Positions 26,861 through 39,300 of a stretch of 64,000 bases of DNA are shown here, piece by piece. Numbering within the stretch: the stretch's first letter is position 1; every line of letters begins with the position of its first letter. This DNA is from Patescibacteria group bacterium. Its GTDB lineage: Bacteria; Patescibacteriota; Patescibacteriia; Veblenbacterales; UBA10138. Location: positions 125,784 to 189,783 of the forward strand of contig JAHITT010000004.1 in assembly GCA_018817715.1 (NCBI GenBank), given 5' to 3'. The notes beneath the pieces were generated by a model that saw nothing but the letters and a program-made list of their open reading frames with translations, searched no databases and was not told the DNA's origin. Made by a program: the position numbers and the translations under genes.

Positions 26861-29800
26861 TTATTTGATTTTTAATATTTTTTTAATATCATCAAATTCG
26901 TCATGCATACCTGTACCATAATTTCGAACACGACCCATAATTGATTTAAATTGACCATACTGACTTCTAGCAATAATACCTGTTTTTTGGGCTAAATTAT
27001 CTAAATTTTCTAAATTATTATTAGAACCAACTTTAGTAGCTAGGTTAACATTAAAACGACCTCGACCCATCATATCAGGATATTTTGAATAATTTTCTAA
27101 AATATAAGCTTTACCAAAATCGTTCAATTCGAATTTTCTATTACGATGTTCTCTATAATATTTGGCTTTTTCTTCGCGACTAGCGTCAGCTGGCAAATTA
27201 CCATACTCAATTACTTCACGCCCATAAGCCAAACGATTTGCTCGACGGCTAAAGTTTTCAAAATCCTGTTTTCTAACTTCAGCTAAACATTCAATCATTC
27301 TCTCATCTTCATCAGCCCATTCTAAACGACCATTTTTTACATTAACAGCCCTAGCTACACCCCAGTGCTGTACACCTTCTCCGGTATAAGCTATATCACT
27401 AGCGACGGACAAAGCTTGCTCCCTAGCCATACCTAATTTTTTAATAAATATATCCTCAACAAATTGTTTTAACCCACCAGCATCTGAATCATAACCATAC
27501 ATATTAAAAAATTCATTCTCATTTCCATATTCTGTAGCTTTCAAGGCAGCTGCTGCCGCTCGATTAGAATCACCCACATGAACAGCATCTTCAAATATTT
27601 TAAATAATTCTTCCCAGTTATCTGTCGTCATATCACCCTTTTCTTTATTAATAGCCAAACGTTGATCGCGCCTAATACCATAATCAGTTGATGGGCTAAA
27701 TTTTTCTGCACTTTTACCTAAGACACCCGCTTCGTCTTTTAATTGTTTAATTTGTCTATTAAGCTCATCTAATTCACCCGCACCAACTGCCGAAGATTTA
27801 AAGTTTTCTTGCAACTTTTCCGCCTCTTTCCTTAATATAGATGCTTGTTTAATATTCTCGTCTTTTTCTTTTTTAGTAAGTTGGTCATTTCTTCTCAAGT
27901 TTTTCAAATCTTCATCAATTCTTCTTAATAAATCATTATCCTTTTTTAATAATTCATTAATTTCTTGCGGTGTTCTGCCTTTAACCTTCTCTTGAGTTCG
28001 ACGGTTTTCTCTATCTTTAATAACATCTTTTTTTTGTTCCTCTAATTTATCAATTTCCTTTTTTCTACTGTGTCTTTGTTGTTTTGTTAATTTGTCTGGA
28101 CCTAAATTATCAGCCTCAATTAATAATTTATCTATATCATCTTTTAGCTCATTGTTTTTTAAATCAGCCAATTCACTATTAGGTAATAACAATTTTTTAT
28201 TTATATCATCTAATTTTTTTCGTGCTTGTGAAAATTTCAACCTATTATTCTGTAATAATTTTTCTTTTCCCGAATCAGTACTCATGATATCTATTAACTT
28301 AGATAACTCATCCGCCTCCTCTTGTTTTTCCATAGCCTGACTGACCTTACCTTGCCCTTGAAAATTAGCCATTTCCTTTTTTAAAGATTCGAGATGAACG
28401 TGAGCCTGTTTAATATTTCGACCATCCTCAATCATTTTATAATCATCATCAAAAACCTTCAATTCTTCCTCAAATAATTTTTGACCTCCTAATAATTCTC
28501 CCCTATAAGAACCTCCTTTATCTCGCATTTTTAACTGCTCTTCTAATGCCTTAGCTTGCTCCAATTTTTCTTGTTGCTGTTGATAATGTTCAGCAGCTTT
28601 TTTACCTGTTACTTCATCCATATGCCCCGTAGCCACCTTACCCAAGGTACGCCAATTCCACTGATGTTCAAATAAATGCTCGGGCGAGCCCAATACTTGC
28701 CAAAAACTGCCTTTTTCCCGACGTTTAGAATAAACACTTTGACGAATAGTATCTCGTGATTCTTCACGCTTATGCTTACCCGCTTCCCAACCATGCTTCC
28801 ATTTTTCAATTGAACCTTGTACACCTAAACGAGCGGAAGCTTCTGACCACAAATAACTACCCAATTCCTTGGCTCCTTTACCAGCTAAACCAGCCACCCC
28901 CTTAGCCACTGTAAACGGCGATTTAACTATAGACGAACCTATACTCTGCATTTTAGCCAAGGCGCTACCGGCTAATTTACCACCCGCCACACCTAATTTT
29001 TGTGTCATCCACAAACCACCCAACAAAATAACAATATTAATTATAAAAGACAGTAAAATCTCTGATTGACCAATGCCGGTTATAGCCACCCCTGGCACAT
29101 CTTTAAAAGAATAATCACTTCCACTCTGACCGACAAAAGAATCCAAAACATTATTAGAGGTTTGCATCATGGACAAAGCCAACCATAGAAAAAAAGCTAA
29201 AATCGGACCAGCTGACAAATATTTACCAAAATACTCCCACCATTCTGAAGAATATTTTTTAGCTTGCCCAGGAAAAGCTGCTAACAAAAAAGCCAAAGGA
29301 GACATAATAGTTAACAGCCACAAAAAAGCTATTCGCACCAAAAAAACCACTAAATAAATAGCCACCACCACCATAGCCACAGTTATACTGATAAGAGCTA
29401 AAATACTGGCCACAAAAAAACTGTTTTCATTCGGAGTAGCTCCTTCAATGGTCTTGCTTTTAGAGAATTCAAACATTTCCGACAAATGAAAACCATTCAC
29501 CAAATTGCCAGCGGCCGCTTCTTTAAAACCATTAACAAAAGTCAACATGACCACCTGAGCAAAATCAATAAAAAAACCGGTTAACATTTTGGAAAAATTA
29601 ACCAGCACCGACATTATTAAAAGTTTACTTAATAGTTTTTTATATTGATACTCTTCTATGCGAAAAACTGTGGCAAAAGCTATAACCAACATCACCACGA
29701 TAACAAACATGTTGGCTAGATCCCTAATAATTACCCAGCCCTTAGCTACGGCCGGAGCATTTATAAAATCATTATATTGAACTATGCCAATTAAAATGCC

Positions 29801-29989
29801 AATTAAAGTAACGGTTAAACCACCAATAAATTCGGCCAAAGGCAGTATTAAATTCTGTCCTAACCAGCTACCAAAATTAGCTGAGGCAGTTGTTGGCAAA
29901 AAAAGTCCTAAACCCAAAATTAAAACCAAACCCAGCAAAAAACCGGTTTTTTTTAAGCTTATTTTAGTAAAAACCTTTGCTAGGTTCAT
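26861..29989 (-). CDS. VirB6/TrbL-like polytopic membrane protein with a long C-terminal coiled-coil/charged extension.
   Basis: 1042 aa. The N-terminal ~400 aa have 7 or more TM helices, starting after an N-terminal signal-like TM. A ~350-aa coiled coil rich in E/K/Q and a ~250-aa globular C-terminus follow. Confidence 0.5.
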   Translation of the reverse strand: MNLAKVFTKISLKKTGFLLGLVLILGLGLFLPTTASANFGSWLGQNLILPLAEFIGGLTVTLIGILIGIVQYNDFINAPAVAKGWVIIRDLANMFVIVVMLVIAFATVFRIEEYQYKKLLSKLLIMSVLVNFSKMLTGFFIDFAQVVMLTFVNGFKEAAAGNLVNGFHLSEMFEFSKSKTIEGATPNENSFFVASILALISITVAMVVVAIYLVVFLVRIAFLWLLTIMSPLAFLLAAFPGQAKKYSSEWWEYFGKYLSAGPILAFFLWLALSMMQTSNNVLDSFVGQSGSDYSFKDVPGVAITGIGQSEILLSFIINIVILLGGLWMTQKLGVAGGKLAGSALAKMQSIGSSIVKSPFTVAKGVAGLAGKGAKELGSYLWSEASARLGVQGSIEKWKHGWEAGKHKREESRDTIRQSVYSKRREKGSFWQVLGSPEHLFEHQWNWRTLGKVATGHMDEVTGKKAAEHYQQQQEKLEQAKALEEQLKMRDKGGSYRGELLGGQKLFEEELKVFDDDYKMIEDGRNIKQAHVHLESLKKEMANFQGQGKVSQAMEKQEEADELSKLIDIMSTDSGKEKLLQNNRLKFSQARKKLDDINKKLLLPNSELADLKNNELKDDIDKLLIEADNLGPDKLTKQQRHSRKKEIDKLEEQKKDVIKDRENRRTQEKVKGRTPQEINELLKKDNDLLRRIDEDLKNLRRNDQLTKKEKDENIKQASILRKEAEKLQENFKSSAVGAGELDELNRQIKQLKDEAGVLGKSAEKFSPSTDYGIRRDQRLAINKEKGDMTTDNWEELFKIFEDAVHVGDSNRAAAAALKATEYGNENEFFNMYGYDSDAGGLKQFVEDIFIKKLGMAREQALSVASDIAYTGEGVQHWGVARAVNVKNGRLEWADEDERMIECLAEVRKQDFENFSRRANRLAYGREVIEYGNLPADASREEKAKYYREHRNRKFELNDFGKAYILENYSKYPDMMGRGRFNVNLATKVGSNNNLENLDNLAQKTGIIARSQYGQFKSIMGRVRNYGTGMHDEFDDIKKILKIK

Positions 29990-30258
29990 AAATTAGTTTA
30001 AAGTTTTTAAACTTAAATTTTAAGTTAAAAAGCCTAACTTAACCACTTTTATCATACCACAGTTTTAACTAAAAAAGACAGGCACTATTACCTTAATTAT
30101 ACCATAATTTTATATTTTAAGCAAGAAAAACACTCCTCTAAATACCCTGACCACAAAACAACTCCTCCAAGCAAATATTTAAAACCGACCCTCCTATTTT
30201 TGGACACCATTTCTCGTCAGTGCAAAAAAGACGTCCTAAGTAAAACTAAATAATAAAT

Positions 30259-30284
30259 AACGCCACTTAAGTGGCGTTATTTTT
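30259..30284 (-). terminator. Terminator-like hairpin just after the stop of the giant gene.
   Basis: aacgccac-ttaa-gtggcgtt forms an 8-bp perfect stem with T/A-rich flanks on both sides. Confidence 0.4.
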
Positions 30285-30303
30285 GAAACTAATTAAATAA
30301 TTT

Positions 30304-33300
30304 CTAATTCTTGGGCTTAACAATAATTCGTTTAGGATAATAATCAGCCCGAGCTGACCAATTAAAACCAGTATTAATGCTAGGCAATTTATCTTCATAT
30401 TGTCCATTATCCTTAGCCCACCAACCCCAGTTGTCCCGCAAAGCTACACCGGGTTTATAAACACAAGCCTGCAAAGTACTATCCCAATTTAAATTATTTT
30501 TACCACTACAAGTATAAGTAGTAGTATAAAAGAAATAACCTACTTGATTATCCTGATCGGCCACACAAGCTTCGGGACTATCACCAAAGTTAAAAGCTGG
30601 ATTGTTAAGACAAGTCTTACCGCTTGCACATTGTTTGTCCGTAGTGCAAGGTGTGGGTGTACCAATACAAACCTTGGGTGACTGACAGATAGGTTTATGA
30701 TTTCTTAAAGAAGCTTCCACTTCAATATTTCTAGATTTACCCAAAGCACCATTAATACCCCAATCTACACCCACAAATCTGATAGGCATTTGATTACCAT
30801 TGGGGTTATAACCATAAAAAGATAAAGTAATCGGCAAAGGACTTTGACCCATAATATCCTCACTAGTATGACTGGTACCAGAATAAGACACGGTTACTTT
30901 AGCACCAGCATCTTGACCCATGGTTTTACCTTTAGCATCAAAAGACACACCCGCTATAACAGGGGCTTGCGGTTCCACTACGCCCGGAATAGTCTGATTG
31001 CTTAAATCAAAACTACCACCTGGTAAAGTTATGGGAATATTAAATATCGGAATAGTAAAAGTTATAGGATCTTTAGGCAAGGCTTTATATTTGGCTGTGG
31101 CAGTATCCCAATTAAAAGTATTGTAAAACTTAACAAACAAATTCTTTATTAAATTAACTCCGCCAATACTACTCGTTGGCAAACTTAAGGCTGGGCTGGT
31201 ACCCGTACACATAAAAGGAGTTTTCTGAGTGGGACAAGGTTGGCCAGTCGAAGAATCACAATGAACCGTTGGATCATAATAGCCACAGAATCTGTTTTCG
31301 CCAGTGGCCGCTGGATCACACAACGATTTATCTTTGTTTATTGTTATATTAGGATTATCTTTATCTGGCACACCAGCTAAACACATCCAACCACTACAAC
31401 TGCCCCCACCGGCGCCACTACAACCATAAACACCCGGGGCATAAGGCTGAATTTCATTACTAATTAAAGGTTGATATTGAGCTACTGGTATTACCCTGGT
31501 CGGTTCCAATTCCGGACCTAAATGTCCTGTGTATTCAAAAGTAGTGGAAGATGGTACAAAAGCGCCAAAAGGTGCATTTAAATAATGATTAGCTTTACTA
31601 CCGGCGGTAGCATAAGTATAACCAACCTGGGGCACCACATAATTACTTAATTCATTAACCCGATTAGTTTGAGCCTTGTTATTAATAACATCATTAGGAT
31701 TAGAACTGACTACTTGGGCCACCACATCACACCACTCTCGCAAGGTATATTTAAGAACTATATAAAAATCGGCCGCCCCACCTGGATCTTTATCATTAAT
31801 CCGCAAAGTTAAATACTTATCCGGATCATTAGGATTAAAAACAGCAGTCATAGAACACAAACCCTTACCATCACTATCACAACTGTAACGATTTACCTGA
31901 TCGCTTAATTTATAACGACTAACAATTAAACGTGAGCGTTTATTATTACTATCGGTTTGACCGTATTTTCTAAAATGACCTTCAATTTCTATACTCTCAA
32001 TGGCATCTAAACCACCCAGTTGTTTTTCCAAACCGCCCAAACTTAAAGCAAAAGACATTTCATAATCCACTTTACCGGAAATTATTAATGGTGCAAAAGG
32101 TTGACCAGTCTTAGCTGGAGAAAAAATTCCCGTTAAGCCGAAAAGGCTAAATGACTGACCACCTACATTGGGACACACCTTATCTTTACCATCCCAAGCC
32201 GTGCTAGCATTCGGACTATATAAACAATCAGTAGTTGGGCCAGTTACCACATCACTAGGCGCTAATGGTACACCCTGAACCGACCGAGCGTTCTCGGGAA
32301 GAAAAGTAATCGGCTGAGGATTATCCAAATAATAAAGCTGACTCTGCTTAGAAGTTGTCTGAGCCAAACCACGAGCAGCGGCACAATAATACATAGCCTG
32401 ATTACCTGGTGACACAAAACCGGCTTTAGGCCTATCATCATAAATAGAAACTTCACCTTGTACCACATCTATCGGTAGCCAAGTTAAACAAGCGTCATCG
32501 GCGCCGTTATTTATTTTGCGAGCTGAATCTTTTTCTAAACAATAACCCTTTAACCCTTGAGCAAAAGTTATTTGTTTTAAGGCGCTTTGCTCCTGCTTGG
32601 CTTCTAGACAAGGTTCGCTGCCAGATAAAGAACCAGCACAAACCTCACCTACCGGATTAATCGGGTCAGTAGGCTGGCTACGATAATTATAAAACCTAGT
32701 TTCACCATTCTTATAAACCGCCCGTTGATAAGCGCACTCACAATTTTCATCTGGATCAGTACTTGGCTGACAAACATTAGCGTCTTTATAACCAGGCGCC
32801 CGGCTCATTAATTTAGCTTCTTTGCTTTCTGAATTCCAAGTAGCCACATTAGCTGGGAAGGGGGCGTCGGGCTCGGGATATAAGCGACAAGCTTTGGTGC
32901 TAGCCAAAGAAACTGCACAAGCTGAACTGGAATTAATAGCATCTAAAGAACACAAACCTGGTATAGAATAGCCAGTGTAATCCTGGCCAGCCCAAGTGGT
33001 GTTCCGCCCGATATAATCCGCTTCATCCAAAGGATGCTGTTCTGACTGCGGTTCTAACCAATTACCACAACCGCCAGCCGCATTGCCACTACTAGCCTGA
33101 TTACAACGACCCAAAGAATAACATAATTCCCGAGGCTTGCCAGCCGAATCGGTAATGGTCGTGCTAGTCTGACAACTTAACCACTCAGCACAAACCCGAT
33201 CACGCTGAACTTTTAAGATAGTATTAGCACTAGGTTGTTGACCTTGAGTAAACGAACAATAAACATTGTCACCTAAACAATCAGCAGTTTTTTGACAAGA

Positions 33301-36300
33301 ACGACTAGGCTCACTAGAACAAACCCCACGAGGCGCTAAGGGTGCTACCTGAGCATTATCTTGGCTACGACTTTGTTCATAAGTTAAAGGAGCAGACCAA
33401 GCTAAATCGCCACCCAGTGACAAATCGGTTACTAACAAACAACCATCTTTTTCACCAACTTTACCACCGCAAGTGGAACGATCCAATTTACCATTATCCA
33501 AATAATAATAAGTCCGGTTGGTTAAAGTATTGTCCTGGAAAGCTTTGCAAGACGAAGCTTCAGCTGGACAAGTATAAGCATAAGGCACAGCCAAAAACTC
33601 CTTAGCTTGATCATTAGTTAAACTATTAGGCAATTCTAATAAACGAACATCATCCACATAAACAGTGCTAGTTTGACGTAAACTACCTTCGTTAGTTATT
33701 AAACCAACTGATAAGGTATCAATATTAGGCTTAGTTTTTATAATATAAGTTCGATTGAGCCAAACTCCTTTAGGATCAGTGACTACAATTGTTGGATTAC
33801 CAGCCACCATCTCATAATGATGACAAGTACCCCCACCGCAACCCGTACCGACTTTGGGATAAGCGTGCCTAGACAAAGACCAACTACCCTGCAGAACTTC
33901 TTCCTTGGGTAAATAAATTTGAGCGGAAACTAAGAATAATCTTTCTTGGTTTTTAGGTTCCACTGTCACATGGGAGGACCAAACGCCAGAATATTGCTGA
34001 TCTGAAGTGGCTTTAACCTTAAGCAAACTACCACCCCAATATTGACCGTTTAAGGATCCTTGAGCGTATAACTGACCCTTACCATCTTCTTGACCGGCGC
34101 CATTTCTTTCCCAGCCGACAAAATAATCTTGAGTATTATCGTTTATTTGACCAGAACCCTTCAGGCCACTTATACCGGCAAAATTTTCAAAACTACCATT
34201 AATCAAAAGATTACAAGGCTCGGTTGTGCCAGTCTTGTACCAATCATAAGATTGGCCAGCCCGAAGTTGTTTATATTCACAAGTTCTAGAACCAGGATCT
34301 TTAAAATAATAAGTACTATTACCAGCTTTATATTCCTGACAACGATCTTGTTCTTTAGAACAAAGAGGTGAAGTTGGTCCAGCGGCAAAATTATCCGGAT
34401 CTAAACGCATAAATTTATCTGACCAACCCTGCAAAAATCCAGCAGCCGTAAAACTCGGTTCACCCAATCTTTGGCAAGATTGCATTTGTGCCGAACACTG
34501 TTTAGTCCGATCATAAATACGGTAAACCACCTGATCTTTAGCTGTGGTGACAGTCTGCCCGCCTACGGTAACTGTTTGCAATTGAGGACTTAGAGAATTT
34601 TTAGTGTCGACCAAAGCTTCACAACCAACAGCTTCTTGACGGCACAATTTAGAAAAACCAGTAAAAGAATAGGCTCGATTCTGCCTATCTTTATAAGATC
34701 GGCAACCTAAATATTTTAATTGATCGCCGTTAGGCTGACAGCTTGTCGGCGTAGTCCAAGAATCTTTTTTCAAAAAGAACCGGTCACCAACTTCTTGCAC
34801 AGCAATATTATCAGCCACAAATCTTACACCGGCCGCGGCCAATTGCACCCTGACACCTTGGCTAATATTGGCACTGGTTGGTAAAGTAACTGGTCCAATA
34901 GTATAAAGTTGCCAATCATTAGTTAGTTCGGAAGCTGGTAAATTAAAATTAATAGTTGCTTGAGGATTCAAACTGGATTCGGCCGCACTAACATAATTAA
35001 CTGTATAAGTTAAAGATCCGTTGTCAGTCAAAATACCATTAACTGGTCCACAATCATTACCAATACAAGTCTGGCTACCACCGGGATTAGCTTCTACGGA
35101 ATAAACTGTGGCACCACTAGTGCCTACTGGATTACCTGAACGCCAAATAAAATTAAAATCTCCTGATGGCTGATTGGAACGTATTACTAAACCAGTTATG
35201 GGAATATTACTACCAGCCGTATTGTTATTTAAACTGTAAGCTCCACCACCAGCCACTGGCTGACCATTCAAAGTCATTTTTAAATAAACCGTGCCTTGGT
35301 TGGTGACCACAGGATCACCCGACCCAGTGCCAGGGGGGGTAGTAGGTGTACGTGGGGTACTAACAACAGTTGTTAAACCTTTGGATTCACCACCACTATT
35401 ATAAGCCCTAACCTGATAAACAAACCGACCATCCAAACTTAAACCTTTGTTTTGACCATCAACAGGATCTACTCCTAAATCCGGAAAACTAACCGCGCCG
35501 GCATTGGGCAATACTTGAATAAGTTTAACGGCCCGACCATTATCGCCCCGATAAACAGTAAAACCAGTTTCATTATCACTACTATCTTGCCAATTTAAAG
35601 TAGCCTTATATTGACCGCTAGGACAATCGCCCGAACAAATCGCTAAACTGGCGGTTAAACCAGTAGGCGCAATTGGTAATTGAATATTTTTATTAGAACC
35701 AACATCTTTAGGTAAAGAAAAGAAACCAGTGCCAGAACCCGCCTGGGCAACAAAAGTATCTACTAAAAAGTAAGAAAATTTACCCCCATCACTAATTGTT
35801 TGACCAGCCAAATTTTTAGCCGTTACTCGCCAAGCATAAGTACGGCCTGGCTCTAAACCGATAAAATCACTTGCTGCTAACCCAGCCACGGGCAAACTTA
35901 AAGTAAATCTATCAACATCATTTTTTCGGCCAATTTCTTGCCAACCATCAGCTAAAGTTGATTTATCGTCATAGTGCATCAATTGAACATCATACTTATC
36001 AGCATAATTGGCCCGCTGCCAAGTCAAAACCGGATTATTAGTATTCACTTTAGCGTAATTGTCCTGACTGCCGTGCGGATCTACCGTAGCAAAAGCCTGC
36101 GGTGGCACCTGAGTAATAAATTCAATAGCTCTTTCCGTTGGCGTGCCAGCGCTATTGTAAGCCACCACCCTAATTTTAGTAGCCTGACCTAATTTAATTG
36201 CTCCAACATTAACCGGCATAGTCAATTCCGTTTTGGCTAAAGCGCGCCAAATAACTGGCGTGCCATAAGGTTGTTCAATAATTACTAAATAATTAACAGC

Positions 36301-39300
36301 GTCGCTGGAAGCTCCCCAAGCAACAGTAAAGGGTAAGGGCATGCTCTTTTTTTCGTCCTCAGGTGTGGTTGGATCATCGGCTGGTGAATAAATATCAAAC
36401 GGTTTAGCAGCCAAAGAACCGGTAGTAAAAGTAATAGTTTTTTCTTCTGTTTTAGAACTATCATTTTTAGCTATTACCCTAACTGTATAATTAGTATTGG
36501 CTGATAAAATATTACCAGGTACAGTAAAACTGGTAGCTGTAGTTGTAGTACTATAAGCTGTACCACCAGTTATAGAAATATCATACTTGTTAGCCCGTAA
36601 AGAACTCGTCCATTGAATAGTTGGGCTTAAAACCTGATTACTAGAACCGTCGACCGGTACTGTAATATTAAATTTACCTGGTGGGTTATTTACTTGAACT
36701 GGCGCCTGCCGATTAACAGTCGTTGTACCATTATAAACTACTGTTAAATCATAAGTTTTAGAAATCGGTAAAGTATAACCATCGCTAAAACTTTGCGTGG
36801 GTAAATTAACATTAATGGTACCTGATTTGGGTCCAGTGGGAGCTGACTGACAAACCGGTGTCTTATCTATACAATCATCTTTAACACCACAAACCTGACC
36901 AGACTTAAAACCAGAATCACATTTACTAACAGTGGATAAACATTGGGCACTAGGATAACGACAGTCGCTATCCAAAGAACAAATTTTGGTATTTTCGTTA
37001 GAACAAATCTTTTTAGTTGCTTGACAAAGAGCCGTAGTACTACGACAAGGAGTAGTATCGGTTCCTACGCAAGCAATGGCATTATTATTGGAACACTTAT
37101 TATCCACACAGGTGGCGGTGGTATTCCGACAGTCACTATTACCATTAGCTATATTACAAGCGCTATCGTTATAAGGCCCACCTACACATTTATAATCAAC
37201 AGAATTACAAGTAGCTGTGGGTTGCTGACAAAAATTATTGTCTGTCGGCGAACAAGTTTTATTTATATTTAAACCGCTAGTACATTTAAAATCCTGCGGC
37301 ACACAAGCCGGCGTTAAATCACGACAAGCATCATTATTAGTACAAGGATTATCGGTCTTAGAACCGGCATAAAAACAACGACTGTCGGCCTTAAAAGAAG
37401 TACTTAAAACACCAGGAATATTAACAGTAATAGCGTCCGTGGCTGTAGTGGAGGCTGACCAGCTTAAATTGGTAGAAAAAGCATTAGCAAAACCAGTATT
37501 ATCAAAAACCGACGGACTAGCCTGCAAAGCTACGGTGGCGGTTTGAGCAATGGCTTCGCTAATAAAAGTCCAATTGCCAAATAAATTTTGCCAAGCTAAT
37601 TTATTGGCCTTAATTAAAGAATTAACCAATTGGTTAGACCAGCTAACTTTAGCCGGCAAGTTGGTTGTTAAAGTAACTGCCGGAACTTGACTGCTAGTCT
37701 CCGCCAAACCCAAACTGCTTTTTTTGGCCCAAACAGACACTAAATACTGTTGGCCTAAAACTGCCGAACCAACGACATCTTTATAAATTGCTCCATCCGT
37801 ACCCGAATCATAGGAATGTCCAAAAGCTGAAGTAGACTCGTTAGATGGCGTACCTGAATACCAGCCACTAGAAGGTGCTGCATCATAAGTTACACGAGCT
37901 GTGGAATCCTTATCGCCAAAAGTAGATAAAGGAAAAACTAATTTTACACTATTAGCATTAGGGCCTTTATACTCACGGCAACCATTATATTGCACAGAAC
38001 ATTTTTTACCCTCCTGTGGTATAGCTCGATAATAACAAGCGTTATTTTCCCAATTACCCCCTGTGGCTAAACAATCAACTTGATTGCCTTCGGTTTTTCG
38101 ATAACGTGTACAACTACTGGAAGCGGTAACTGTTTTAGAAGCCAAACGATAATAAACCTGGCCATCAGAAGCGTATAATTGTTTACAATCTGGATTACTG
38201 GTTGGCCAACTACCACTTAACCGACAATCTCCTGAATTATCCGTAGTTACTGGGCCGGTGGCCTCGAATTTTAATTGCCAAGCCTTAAGTTGATAACCAG
38301 TTAAATCTGAACCAACCCAAGTATAATATGTCCTATCACCCTCCCCCGGCTGAACACACTGCCTAAGTTCGGTAAAATATTCTTTTTGTTCACCTAAACC
38401 AACATTAGTAAACTCACTACAACCCACCGCCTCAGCCGGACAAGTTTGAGCAGTTTTTGTTATAAAATATTTAACTGATTTATCTGACGGATTAAGCTTG
38501 GTTGGCTGTTGTTCATAAGCCTGATAACCCACGCACTCCCCCGGACAAGTATAATCCGGATGCGGTTGACCGGGCACGGCCGGTGTGCCATCCAACGGTG
38601 TATAAAGCTCACAACCAACTTCACCAGCCGCACACCAACCTATATATTTAGCACACTCTGGGGAATCATTTTTTAAATCATTGTCATAACACTTTAAATA
38701 ATCGGGCGCCTGTTTTAAATAAACTTCAGCTGTTGTGGCATAGGTTGAATAATCCTGACCTGACTGACTTGTCACCTGATTAACCACTTTTTCCACCGGA
38801 TTAGCCCCGGCAGCAGTTAAACTAGTTGAAATATTACTTAAACGAAGTAAAGCCGTACAACCTTCGTCATTAGACGAACAAGAATAACGATCTATATTCT
38901 TGGCATACAAACGACTATTTAAATCATACCGGCCTAAAGAAGTATCCAAAGAATTAAAAGCCGTGGAATACCACTTACAACCAGTTGCACCAGTACAATT
39001 ACCATCATTAAAACTGGCTAAAGAATTAGTTAAGTAAGAAGCCGAACCGCCACCGCTAGAAGAAAAAGTTTGGCAAGAAGCAAAAGGCGCCTGACCAGAA
39101 TCCCTGGGGAATTCACAACTGTCGCCACCTAAACGCCAAACATTTTTTTCTTTAGTACAATAACCCCAAGAAGCGCAAGTTCCATCAGGATTTTCCACCA
39201 CACAGTTCTGCGTATCCACACAAATATCCTGACGATTAGAACCCTGTTGTTCCAATATTTGCCCGGAGCCTTGCAAACGACACTGGGCCAAAGGGGCTTT

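Noticed and set aside
27600-28700. Repetitive-looking K/E-rich DNA that could be mistaken for a repeat array or CRISPR.
   Set aside because: It is in-frame coiled-coil coding sequence of the VirB6-like protein. It has no direct repeats of fixed length or spacers, and there is no CRISPR array anywhere in the window.
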